DNA of 64,000 bases from contig DAOMZR010000001.1 of the NCBI GenBank assembly GCA_035400585.1, positions 191,347 to 255,346 on the forward strand. The letters are read 5' to 3'. Each line of letters starts with the position of its first letter. Position 1 is the first letter of the stretch. Under the pieces are notes generated by a model. It saw nothing but the letters and a program-made list of their open reading frames with translations. It was not told the DNA's origin and searched no databases. Position numbers and translations under genes: made by a program. Shown here in pieces: positions 26,420 through 34,975 of this stretch. This stretch comes from a bacterium (GTDB taxonomy: Bacteria; Patescibacteriota; Patescibacteriia; Patescibacteriales; UBA12465).

Positions 26420-27916
26420 TTATTTTTTTGAAAGTTTAAATGAATTTATAAGATATAATATTTCATCTTTTTTAAATCCACCAGAAAAAAATAATAACAA
26501 AAAATAAATAATAGCTGCTAAAAAACAAAGCAAAAAAATATTCAAATAATCAACTAAAACAAACACAAAAACGCCCATTAAAACCGAAGAAAACAAAATT
26601 TTGGAAAAAACCAACAAATTATCCTTTAATTTGTAATTAATTATTTTTTTAACCTCAAAAATTCCCAAAATAAACATTAAAAAATTACTAAGCAAAACAA
26701 CCAAAGAGGCTCCAACAACTTTAAATTGAGGGATCAATAAAAAATTTAAAACAATTGAAAACACCAAAACAATCAACATGTTTCTGGTGTTTACAGATTG
26801 TCGATCACAGGCGTTAAGTAGTGATCCTATTGGAAAATTTAAAAAAATAAATATTAGTGAAACTATTGAAATTTTAAGGGGTAAATTAGCTTCAGTATAT
26901 CCATCTTTGAAAATCGTGATGATTTGATCCGACAGTAAAAATATTCCCAAGGATATCGGAATAGAAATCAAAAGTAAATAATCAATTGAACGACGAAAAG
27001 TTGTTTTTAATTGTTCCCTATTATTCTTCCAATAATAACTCATAGCCGGATAAAGAGAGGCTGTAAAGGCCATGGGCAGAAACTGCAAGGCAAATATTAT
27101 TTTGAAAGATACTTGATATATGCCAACAAAATAATCACCAGAAAAAAAAGAAAGCAAAACTGAATCTAGATAAGTATAAAGTCTCTGAAATATTCCAAAC
27201 AAAGCAAAAGGCAGGCTTGATAAAATTATTTTTTTTATAAAAGCAAAATCAAAACAAATTTTAATTGGTAATTTTATTTTATATTTTAATATGAGAAAAG
27301 AATAAATAAAATTAAAAATACTAGCCAAAACCAGCGAAGACATAATTATTTTTAAATCCATTTTTAAATAGATAAAAAAATAACCAAAACACAAAACTAT
27401 TAGTTGAAAAATAACCGAGGAAATGCTTTCAAATTTAAGATTATGGAAGCCACGAGCTGAACCAAAAAAGGTTAAAGTAAAAGAATCAAGAATCATGCAA
27501 ACGGAAGATATATAAACTAATTGTTTGCTTAAAATATCATAATTACCTAAAATATTGATAAACAATACAACAGCCAATAAAGTCAGAAAGCTAAAGATAA
27601 TTTTCATCCCTAAAATATTTGACAACAACCTATTAGCCCCACTTTGATCCTTGGCTGTCTCTCTAGTTAGATAGTTTACCAATCCAAAATCAATAAAAAT
27701 AGCAAAAATAGTGGTAAAAGAAATAGCAAAATAATATTTACCCAAAAATTCGGGATCTAAATTTCTAGCCAGTATAACAAAATACAAAAAAGAAATAACT
27801 TTTTGAATTACTAAGGCCAGTGTCAAATAAGAGGTGTTTTTTGCTATATTTTTTATTTTATTATCATTTTCCATAATATAATCAATTATAACACAAAAAA
27901 AGGCAAAAACAAACAA
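26420..27916 (-). CDS. Polysaccharide flippase (Wzx/MOP superfamily)
   Basis: About 14 TM helices with an N-terminal 'NIAKNTSYLTLALVIQKVISFLYFVILAR'. The true start is probably the internal Met at 27874 ('MENDNKIKN'), not the TTG at 27916. Confidence 0.8.
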   Translation of the reverse strand: MFVFAFFCVIIDYIMENDNKIKNIAKNTSYLTLALVIQKVISFLYFVILARNLDPEFLGKYYFAISFTTIFAIFIDFGLVNYLTRETAKDQSGANRLLSNILGMKIIFSFLTLLAVVLFINILGNYDILSKQLVYISSVCMILDSFTLTFFGSARGFHNLKFESISSVIFQLIVLCFGYFFIYLKMDLKIIMSSLVLASIFNFIYSFLILKYKIKLPIKICFDFAFIKKIILSSLPFALFGIFQRLYTYLDSVLLSFFSGDYFVGIYQVSFKIIFALQFLPMAFTASLYPAMSYYWKNNREQLKTTFRRSIDYLLLISIPISLGIFLLSDQIITIFKDGYTEANLPLKISIVSLIFIFLNFPIGSLLNACDRQSVNTRNMLIVLVFSIVLNFLLIPQFKVVGASLVVLLSNFLMFILGIFEVKKIINYKLKDNLLVFSKILFSSVLMGVFVFVLVDYLNIFLLCFLAAIIYFLLLFFSGGFKKDEILYLINSFKLSKK

Positions 27917-28006
27917 ATTTATGATAAATTTAAGAAGAATTTATCTAAACTATTCTAGAATAATTAAAATTAAAATTAAAAACATCAATCTAATATCAAT
28001 ATTTTA

Positions 28007-28702
28007 TTGATGTTAAAAATTATGAAAATTTTGGTGGTTGATGACGACAAAAAAATTAATCAATTACTAAGTGCTTCTCTAAAAAGAGAATTGTTTACAG
28101 TTGATGTTGCTGAAAACGGCCGAGACGGTTTGTATATGTATCAAACAAATCACTATGATTTAATTTTGGTTGATTACAATCTGCCCATAGAAAACGGAGA
28201 GTATTTAGTTGAAGAAATTAGAAAAATAGATAAAAAAATACCAATAATAATGTTAACAGTGGAAGGAAGTCAAGAAATGAAAAATAAATTATTTAATTTG
28301 GAAGTCGATGATTATATTACCAAGCCATTTGTTTTCGAAGATCTTTTAAGTAGAATAAAGGCTGTTACGCGCAGACCGCAAGAAATAAAAAGCAGAATTT
28401 ATCAAATTGATGATCTTTATGTCGATGTTGAAAAACATCAAGCAAAAAGAGGCAAGGAAAAAATATATTTAACATTTAAAGAATTAACCCTTTTGGAATT
28501 CTTCTTAAAAAATCAAGGAAAAATTCTATCGAGAACTGTTTTGATGGAAAACGTTTGGGATTTTAATGCTGATCCATTTTCCAACACCATAGAATCACAT
28601 ATTTTAAAAATTAGAAAAAAAATAAATCCCACTCAATGTAAGCGGGATTTAATTCATACTATTAAAGGAAGGGGTTATAAGATGGATACGAGTAAATGGT
28701 AG
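28007..28702 (+). CDS. OmpR/PhoB-family response regulator (receiver + winged-helix)
   Basis: 'MKILVVDDD', the phospho-acceptor context 'LILVDYNLP', and C-terminal 'LTFKELTLLEFFLKNQGKILSR' ... 'IHTIKGRGYKM'. The likely start is the ATG at 28022. No histidine kinase is adjacent. Confidence 0.85.
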   Translation: MMLKIMKILVVDDDKKINQLLSASLKRELFTVDVAENGRDGLYMYQTNHYDLILVDYNLPIENGEYLVEEIRKIDKKIPIIMLTVEGSQEMKNKLFNLEVDDYITKPFVFEDLLSRIKAVTRRPQEIKSRIYQIDDLYVDVEKHQAKRGKEKIYLTFKELTLLEFFLKNQGKILSRTVLMENVWDFNADPFSNTIESHILKIRKKINPTQCKRDLIHTIKGRGYKMDTSKW

Positions 28703-29509
28703 CTACAAAACAACTTTTTCCACCTCATCTATTGAGTGACCAAGAAAAAATTCCCCTAACTCTTTAAATTTTTCAACACTATCGGTAGCACAAAATTGAT
28801 ACCTGGGTTTTATTTTCTTTTGAATATTTAGCTCAGGATGTCGATTTAAATAATCAAAAAGACTATCACTGATTATTTTTTCAGTATTAAGAACATAGCA
28901 CCTCTTCCCCATTATTCTTTTTATATCATTTAATAAAAAAGGGTAATGGGTACAGGCCAAAACCAAAGCCTCAACTTGTTTCATTTTTAAATATCTCAAA
29001 TACTTTTTTAGAATCATTTTAGTTTCTGGCTTTTTAATCCAGCCCTCCTCGATTAAAGGAACAAGCAAGGGGGTAGCTTTCTGAAAAATTTCCAAATCAT
29101 CCCTAAAAACTTTTATTTCATCATTGTATATATTAGAATTGACCGTTGCTTTCGTTCCTATAATTCCAACTTTTTTAATTTTTTTGAGTCGAGCTATTTC
29201 TTCGGCGATTGGTCTAATAACACCTAAAATTTTTAAATCCGGGTATTTGTTGGGCAGATATTCTTGCTGAATTTTTCTTAATGCTTGAGCTGAGGCGCTA
29301 TTACAAGCTATAATTATTAGCTTACAACCTCGAGAATACAAAAAATCAACCGCCTTTACCACATAAGAATAAATGGTTTCCATTGATTTATTACCATAAG
29401 GAACATTAGCATTGTCACCCAAATAAATATAATCATAATCAGGATGATCTTTTAAAAATCCCCTTAAAACTGTTAATCCCCCAACACCCGAATCAAAAAC
29501 TCCGATCAT
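28703..29509 (-). CDS. murI: Glutamate racemase
   Basis: 'IGVFDSGVGGLTVL', 'IIACNSASA' and 'LACTHYPFL' (the two catalytic Cys motifs). Confidence 0.95.
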   Translation of the reverse strand: MIGVFDSGVGGLTVLRGFLKDHPDYDYIYLGDNANVPYGNKSMETIYSYVVKAVDFLYSRGCKLIIIACNSASAQALRKIQQEYLPNKYPDLKILGVIRPIAEEIARLKKIKKVGIIGTKATVNSNIYNDEIKVFRDDLEIFQKATPLLVPLIEEGWIKKPETKMILKKYLRYLKMKQVEALVLACTHYPFLLNDIKRIMGKRCYVLNTEKIISDSLFDYLNRHPELNIQKKIKPRYQFCATDSVEKFKELGEFFLGHSIDEVEKVVL

Positions 29510-29511
29510 AA

Positions 29512-30306
29512 TTATTTTCTATCGTTTTTTATTTTATAATTTAAAGTTAATTCAAGACTAACTTCATGAGATCCACTATTTATAACTGGATTTCCACCAC
29601 CACCCATACCACCGTAATAAGAATAATCATAATAAGGAGATGGATTAATAACGTTTTCCCACCAACCAACAATTTCATCTAAAGAAACTCCAACGGCTTG
29701 AGATAAAACAGTAGCCTTGGATTTAGCATCTTTTATAGCTAAAAGCCTAGCTTCTTGTTTTAAATCTTCTATCTTAGAGCTTTCAAAAGAAACACCTAAA
29801 ACCTGATTAGCTCCAGCTTTAGCTGATTCAGAAACTACTTGATTTAGTATATTAAAATTTTCATCAACTCCTTTAACTTTAACTATAACTTGTTGATTGG
29901 CATTATATCCACTTAAGTTATTTATCCCCTCTACATAATCATAGTAAGGATATAAAGAATAAGTTTGGTTTTTAATATCTTTAGGATCAATACCCAATCC
30001 AGTTACAGCAGTTATTATTTTAGCAACTTTTTCATTTAACATGCTTAAAGCCTCTTCGGCTGTTTTAGCTTTATCAATTTGAACTCCTAAGGTAACGTTG
30101 GCAATATCTGGTTGATAAGAAACCTTTCCCTGTCCGATAACAGAAACTTGATTAGGAAAATTATTAACAATTTTATCTCTCAAAATAGAAACCACCACAA
30201 TCCCTGATAAGGCTAATATTAAAACCATGGCGGCTATCCATTTGGCTGTTTTGTTCTTACCAGAACAAAGACAAACTTCTTTTTTTTCTTTTAGATTTTC
30301 ACTCAT
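29512..30306 (-). CDS. SIMPL (DUF541) domain protein with N-terminal TM anchor
   Basis: 'VSVIGQGKVSYQPDIANVTLGVQ', 'AKTAEEALSMLNEKVAKI' and 'LLAIKDAKSKATVLSQAVG'. Confidence 0.7.
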   Translation of the reverse strand: MSENLKEKKEVCLCSGKNKTAKWIAAMVLILALSGIVVVSILRDKIVNNFPNQVSVIGQGKVSYQPDIANVTLGVQIDKAKTAEEALSMLNEKVAKIITAVTGLGIDPKDIKNQTYSLYPYYDYVEGINNLSGYNANQQVIVKVKGVDENFNILNQVVSESAKAGANQVLGVSFESSKIEDLKQEARLLAIKDAKSKATVLSQAVGVSLDEIVGWWENVINPSPYYDYSYYGGMGGGGNPVINSGSHEVSLELTLNYKIKNDRK

Positions 30307-30385
30307 ATTTTTAAATACTTCTTTTTAAAAACAAAAAATTTTTAAAAAAGAAGTTAATAATAATTATAATTTTATAATAACTTAT

Positions 30386-31060
30386 TTATGATAATTTAAA
30401 ATTATTAATTGTTAATACAAAATTGTAATTCAAAAATTCAGCTGCTTTACGACAAAAAACCATTCTGTCATTAAATATTTCAAAATATTCCATAACTCCG
30501 GTTACTTTAGTGTCAATTTTCAATTTCAAAATAATTTCTTTTTTTGCTCTATTAACCTTAAAAGCTGACTCTATAACCGAATAATTAACTCGATCATGGA
30601 TATCTTCCTTTAAATTTTCTGGTGTTTTATTTTTAACTCTATTTCGATGAACATCTGATTTATCGGCTAAAACCAATATAGCACCTATTTTATTAACAAT
30701 TTCATTTTCGTGCTCATCGTGATTAGCTATGGCTTGCATTACTTCTAAAATATCTTTAGTTTCCTGACTACTTCTAGAATTAGATAGAAAAAATTGAGAA
30801 AAAAGCATGGCGCCAGTATAAGGATGACCCGTTCTTTGTAAAAAATTACCCATATCATGACAATAACCAGCAATAGCTGCTAATTGTTGCTCTCTTTCGT
30901 CTAGTCCGATATTTTTAGCTAAACTTTTGGCTCTGTCGGAAACCAAATTCAAGTGACGAGGACCATGATCGGTGTATCCCAAATAATTTAAATACTCTTC
31001 TGTTTTTTTTATGGAATAAACAACCCCTGAATGTTTTTTAATCTCTTCTAAACTCAACAT
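30386..31060 (-). CDS. HD-domain phosphohydrolase
   Basis: 'GPRHLNLVSDRA' ... 'GYCHDMGN' (H...HD metal-binding signature). Confidence 0.6.
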   Translation of the reverse strand: MLSLEEIKKHSGVVYSIKKTEEYLNYLGYTDHGPRHLNLVSDRAKSLAKNIGLDEREQQLAAIAGYCHDMGNFLQRTGHPYTGAMLFSQFFLSNSRSSQETKDILEVMQAIANHDEHENEIVNKIGAILVLADKSDVHRNRVKNKTPENLKEDIHDRVNYSVIESAFKVNRAKKEIILKLKIDTKVTGVMEYFEIFNDRMVFCRKAAEFLNYNFVLTINNFKLS

Positions 31061-31075
31061 AAATTTATAATAAAA

Positions 31076-32119
31076 TTAATTTTTAATTAAACCGTGGGCC
31101 ACACTTTCTTTTAAACCAGAGCCAGTAATTTCAATGAAATCAGCTTTTCCCTTTACTCTTTCGATGTTATCAGCTCCCATATAAGTCATGCCAGAAGCCA
31201 AACCACCTAAAAATTTATTAACTATTGGAATAACTGATCCTTTATATTCAATTGTTGTCATTTCCCCCTCTACGTGAACAACTTCATCTTTTTTCTTTCC
31301 ATCCAGGGCCATTTTTTTAACAGTTGCCAAATAACTAGCCATTCCTCTATATTCCTTATATTTTTTACCATTCTTTGTAATAATTTTACCGGGAGTTTCT
31401 TTTGTTCCTGAAAAAATAGAACCACTCATAACAGTATCAGCTCCAGCACCTATTGCCTTAACTATATCACCGGGATTTTTAATACCGCCATCGGCGCAAA
31501 CCGGAACTCTTCCTTGGCTAGCTTCATAAACATCCATAATAGCTGTAATTTGTGGAACGCCGGCACCAGCCATAATTCTGGTAGTGCACATTGAGCCAGG
31601 ACCAATGCCAACCTTTATAGCATCGGCTTTTTTGTTTATAAAATATTCAGCCGCATCTTTAGTGGCGATATTTCCAACCATTATATCTATTTTGGGATAT
31701 TTTTCTTTTAAATAATCTAAAGTTTTACCAACCCTCTTAGAATGACCGTGAGCTACATCCAAAACCAAAATATCAACGCCAGAATCAGCTAAAGCCTTAA
31801 CTCTTTCCTCATAATCTTTAACACCTAGAGCCGCAGCGGCTAAAAGATTTTCTTTCTTTATTTTTTTTATTTCTTTGGCTTGATTAGAGATAGTCATAAA
31901 TCTGTGAACAACACCCAGGCCACCCATCTTTCCGACAGCAATAGCCATTTCACTTTCACAAACTGTATCCATGTTTGCTACTAGCAGTGGGATATCTAAA
32001 AAATGATTTTTGGTAACTTTTGTTCTAAAAGAAACATCTTTACGAGAATTAACTCTATTGTATTTTGGGACAAGCAAAACATCATCAAAAGAATATCCCT
32101 TTCCAATAATTCTAGCCAT
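31076..32119 (-). CDS. IMP dehydrogenase/GMP reductase family protein lacking the CBS subdomain
   Basis: Catalytic loop '[11 protein letters not shown]', plus '[23 protein letters not shown]'. Only 347 aa, with no CBS pair. IMPDH and GMPR cannot be told apart by eye. Confidence 0.75.
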   Translation of the reverse strand: MARIIGKGYSFDDVLLVPKYNRVNSRKDVSFRTKVTKNHFLDIPLLVANMDTVCESEMAIAVGKMGGLGVVHRFMTISNQAKEIKKIKKENLLAAAALGVKDYEERVKALADSGVDILVLDVAHGHSKRVGKTLDYLKEKYPKIDIMVGNIATKDAAEYFINKKADAIKVGIGPGSMCTTRIMAGAGVPQITAIMDVYEASQGRVPVCADGGIKNPGDIVKAIGAGADTVMSGSIFSGTKETPGKIITKNGKKYKEYRGMASYLATVKKMALDGKKKDEVVHVEGEMTTIEYKGSVIPIVNKFLGGLASGMTYMGADNIERVKGKADFIEITGSGLKESVAHGLIKN

Positions 32120-32123
32120 AATT

Positions 32124-32699
32124 TTATTTAATTATTTTTATAATTTTATTTATTGATTTTTCAAAAATGTTAATTTTAAAATTATTGTTATTCTTTTCAA
32201 TTGATCCAAAAAGCTTGGTCTTAACATTTTTGATTCCGCAAAATTTTAATATACCTCTCAAAGTTTTAGTTGCTAAATTACCAATAAAAAAATAATAAAT
32301 ACTAGGGGCACCAGAAGTGCAAACCAAAATTGATTTTTTCCCCAATAACAATCTATCTGGTAATTTTCCATTAGGATTATTATATTTAAAAGCAAACCCC
32401 GGCAAAAAAGTTCTATCAATAAAACCCTTTAAAACAGCCGGAAAACTGTACCACCAGATTGGGAAAATAAAAATTAAATAATCAGCCCAAAGAATGTCTG
32501 ATTGAGCTAATCTTAAATCTGGCTCTAATTCTTGAATTTCCTTATAACCATTTTTTAGGTTAGAATTAAAATTTAATTCACCTAAATTTATTCTTCTAAT
32601 TTCCAATTTATTTTTTAATTTGTCTTCAAAAATATCAGCCAACTTACCGTTAAAACTATTTTTATCTGGATGACCCAAAATCAGTAAAACTTTTTTCAT
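32124..32699 (-). CDS. Flavodoxin-like fold NAD(P)H-dependent oxidoreductase (NQO/KefG-type)
   Basis: 'MKKVLLILGHPDKNSFNGKLA', 'FIFPIWWYSFPAVLKGFIDR'. Confidence 0.7.
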   Translation of the reverse strand: MKKVLLILGHPDKNSFNGKLADIFEDKLKNKLEIRRINLGELNFNSNLKNGYKEIQELEPDLRLAQSDILWADYLIFIFPIWWYSFPAVLKGFIDRTFLPGFAFKYNNPNGKLPDRLLLGKKSILVCTSGAPSIYYFFIGNLATKTLRGILKFCGIKNVKTKLFGSIEKNNNNFKINIFEKSINKIIKIIK

Positions 32700-32700
32700 A

Positions 32701-33186
32701 TTAATTTAACAAATAAATTGAATAGGCTAAATAAGTTGCAAAAGCTACCCACAAAAAATAAGGTATAAGTAAAATTGCTGATGATTTATATCCTCTCCAA
32801 AGCATTAAAATTAAAACTAAATTAACAAAATTTAAAAACAACATTTCAATAACAGACCAGAAAATTAAATGCCAAGAGAAAAATAAAACTGACCAAAAAA
32901 CATTTAAAATTCCATTTAAAACAAATAAGGAAATAATTATATAAAAAAACAAACTTTTTCTATTCGTCTTTGAATTGTTAGAAAAAAGTAAAATTGAGAT
33001 AGCTGATAAAATAAAAATAATAGTCCAAACAATACCGATAACCGATCCATGCGGAGTAAATGACGGTAAATTGATAGCATCATACCAATCCATTCCACCA
33101 CCAGTAAAATAACCGCCGATCAAAGAAACAGACAAAACGCCTAGTGGTGTTAACAAATAATTAACTTTTAACCCCCTAGTTTTCAT
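32701..33186 (-). CDS. tspO: TspO/MBR family tryptophan-rich sensory protein
   Basis: Five TM helices, 'WYDAINLPSFTPHGSVIGIVWTIIF', and the W/F-rich 'NVFWSVLFFSWH'. Confidence 0.75.
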   Translation of the reverse strand: MKTRGLKVNYLLTPLGVLSVSLIGGYFTGGGMDWYDAINLPSFTPHGSVIGIVWTIIFILSAISILLFSNNSKTNRKSLFFYIIISLFVLNGILNVFWSVLFFSWHLIFWSVIEMLFLNFVNLVLILMLWRGYKSSAILLIPYFLWVAFATYLAYSIYLLN

Positions 33187-33309
33187 AAGTTTGAAATTAA
33201 TAATAATATCCCAGCTAATTATAGCAAAAAAAAATTAAATTGTCATTAACAAAAGAACTAATTTTAACAAGATGTTTTTTGCATTATTTTACAAAAAAAT
33301 TAGATAAAA

Positions 33310-33789
33310 CTAACTATTAAAAAAATTATTTATTAGTAATCCCAAATAATAAGAAATTAAAATTACCACGGTTGCTATTAGCAAATGTTCAAAAACAACG
33401 CTAAAATTTTTTCTTTCCTCTTCGTTGCTTATTTTATAACTCAAAACTGAAAGAATTATTACTCCCCAAACAATTGAGATTAAAATAGAAGTTGAAAGTT
33501 TAAAAAATATAAATGGAATTAAAAAACTTAAAGCAAAAATCGCCTTGGTTAAAAAAGTAGCTATAGTAGCTTCCCAAACATGACGAGTACTGTTTTCCTT
33601 ATTTGATTCTTCAGAAATATGAACTCCTAGGGAATCCGAAAAAGCATCGGCCAGTGCTATTACTAAAATACCAGAAATAACTGCTAACTTTGATCCGGTG
33701 CTAGAATTAAGTCCAACCATCAGTCCCAAGGTTGTTATAACCGCCGACGTTAATCCGAAGCTTAAACCTTTTTTAAGAGAATTTTTCAT
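33310..33789 (-). CDS. Small VIT1/CCC1-family-like membrane protein
   Basis: 'GLSFGLTSAVITTLGLMVGL' and 'VIALADAFSDSLGVHISEES', with about 5 TM helices. Family assignment is tentative. Confidence 0.45.
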   Translation of the reverse strand: MKNSLKKGLSFGLTSAVITTLGLMVGLNSSTGSKLAVISGILVIALADAFSDSLGVHISEESNKENSTRHVWEATIATFLTKAIFALSFLIPFIFFKLSTSILISIVWGVIILSVLSYKISNEEERKNFSVVFEHLLIATVVILISYYLGLLINNFFNS

Positions 33790-34934
33790 ATTTTTTTGGC
33801 TTTTTTTCTGGCAAGATTGGCAAAGCGATGTGCCTCATCTCGAGCTTTTAAAAGTATTAATTTAATATCTAAAACTTCCTTTTTGAATTTTTTATCTACA
33901 TTTTTTAAAAAAATTATTTCATCACCAGCAAACTTAGATAAACCAACTACATTTTTTATTTTATATTTTTCAAAAATTTCTTTCAAGAAATCAAGCTGAG
34001 GACGACCACCATCTATTAAAAATAAATCAGGATACATCCATTCTTTGTGTTTCAATCTTCTCTCCAACGTTTCAGTTAAAGCACGAAAATCATCATGTAA
34101 GTAATTATTTTTAATTTTAAACAAACGATAGTCATTTTTTTGATATTCACCTTCAAAATCAACAACAATCATAGAACCATAAGTTTCTTTTCCAGAAAAA
34201 TGAGAAATATCATAAGCCTCTATTCTTTTAAAATTATTTTGTTCTAAGTTTTTTTCATTTTCTATTAAAGAAACATCTTGTAAATGTTTTAAAGCTTTAA
34301 GTTGTTCTGGGTTTTCTTGTGAAAGTTTTTTTATTAAATACTCTTTTTTTCCAGATAAAAGTAAAATAATATTTTTGATATTTTTCTGATAATCTTTTTT
34401 ATTTATTTTGCCCAAACACGACCCCGGACAAAGCCCAACTTGATAATCAAAGCATGGCTTGCCCGAATTAGCCTTGCAAGTTCCATAAGGAAAAATTCGT
34501 CTAATAATCCTTAAAGCATTTTTAATTAAAGTAAAAGATTGATAGGGACCAAAAATTTGATTATTCTTGTCTTGATATTTTTGCAAATCTTTACCTCTAA
34601 TAATTACAGGGTAAGTAAAATCTTTTTTAGCAATAACAATATAAATAAAAGACCGGTCATCACGATCTTTGATATTGTATTTTGGCCAATATTTTTTAAT
34701 GTACTTAGCCTCTAGAATAATTGCTTCCAGCAAGGTTTTAGTTTCGATGGTCTTAATTTTTTTGGCCTGAAAAACCATTTCCTTGATTCTGGGTTCAACG
34801 TTGGATAAAAAATACTGACTTAATCTATTTTTCAGATTAGTAGCTCGACCAACATACAAAACCTTTCCTCGATTATCAAGCCAGAAATAAACACCGGAAC
34901 TTTTGGATATTTTTTGTAATTGATTTTTAAACAT
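33786..34934 (-). CDS. uvrC: Excinuclease ABC subunit C, short form (GIY-YIG + Cys-rich + RNase H-like endonuclease domain; no (HhH)2, no recognisable UVR domain)
   Basis: GIY-YIG 'GVYFWLDNRGKVLYVGRATNLKNRLSQY', 'CFDYQVGLCPGSC', 'RIEAYDISHFSGKETYGSMIV', 'LFLIDGGRPQL' and 'RDEAHRFA'. 382 aa versus ~600 for canonical UvrC. 4-nt overlap with the downstream gene. Confidence 0.85.
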   Translation of the reverse strand: MFKNQLQKISKSSGVYFWLDNRGKVLYVGRATNLKNRLSQYFLSNVEPRIKEMVFQAKKIKTIETKTLLEAIILEAKYIKKYWPKYNIKDRDDRSFIYIVIAKKDFTYPVIIRGKDLQKYQDKNNQIFGPYQSFTLIKNALRIIRRIFPYGTCKANSGKPCFDYQVGLCPGSCLGKINKKDYQKNIKNIILLLSGKKEYLIKKLSQENPEQLKALKHLQDVSLIENEKNLEQNNFKRIEAYDISHFSGKETYGSMIVVDFEGEYQKNDYRLFKIKNNYLHDDFRALTETLERRLKHKEWMYPDLFLIDGGRPQLDFLKEIFEKYKIKNVVGLSKFAGDEIIFLKNVDKKFKKEVLDIKLILLKARDEAHRFANLARKKAKKI

Positions 34935-34975
34935 AAAAACGCTCTCAATACTTATTCAAATAAAAAACTAAGAAA

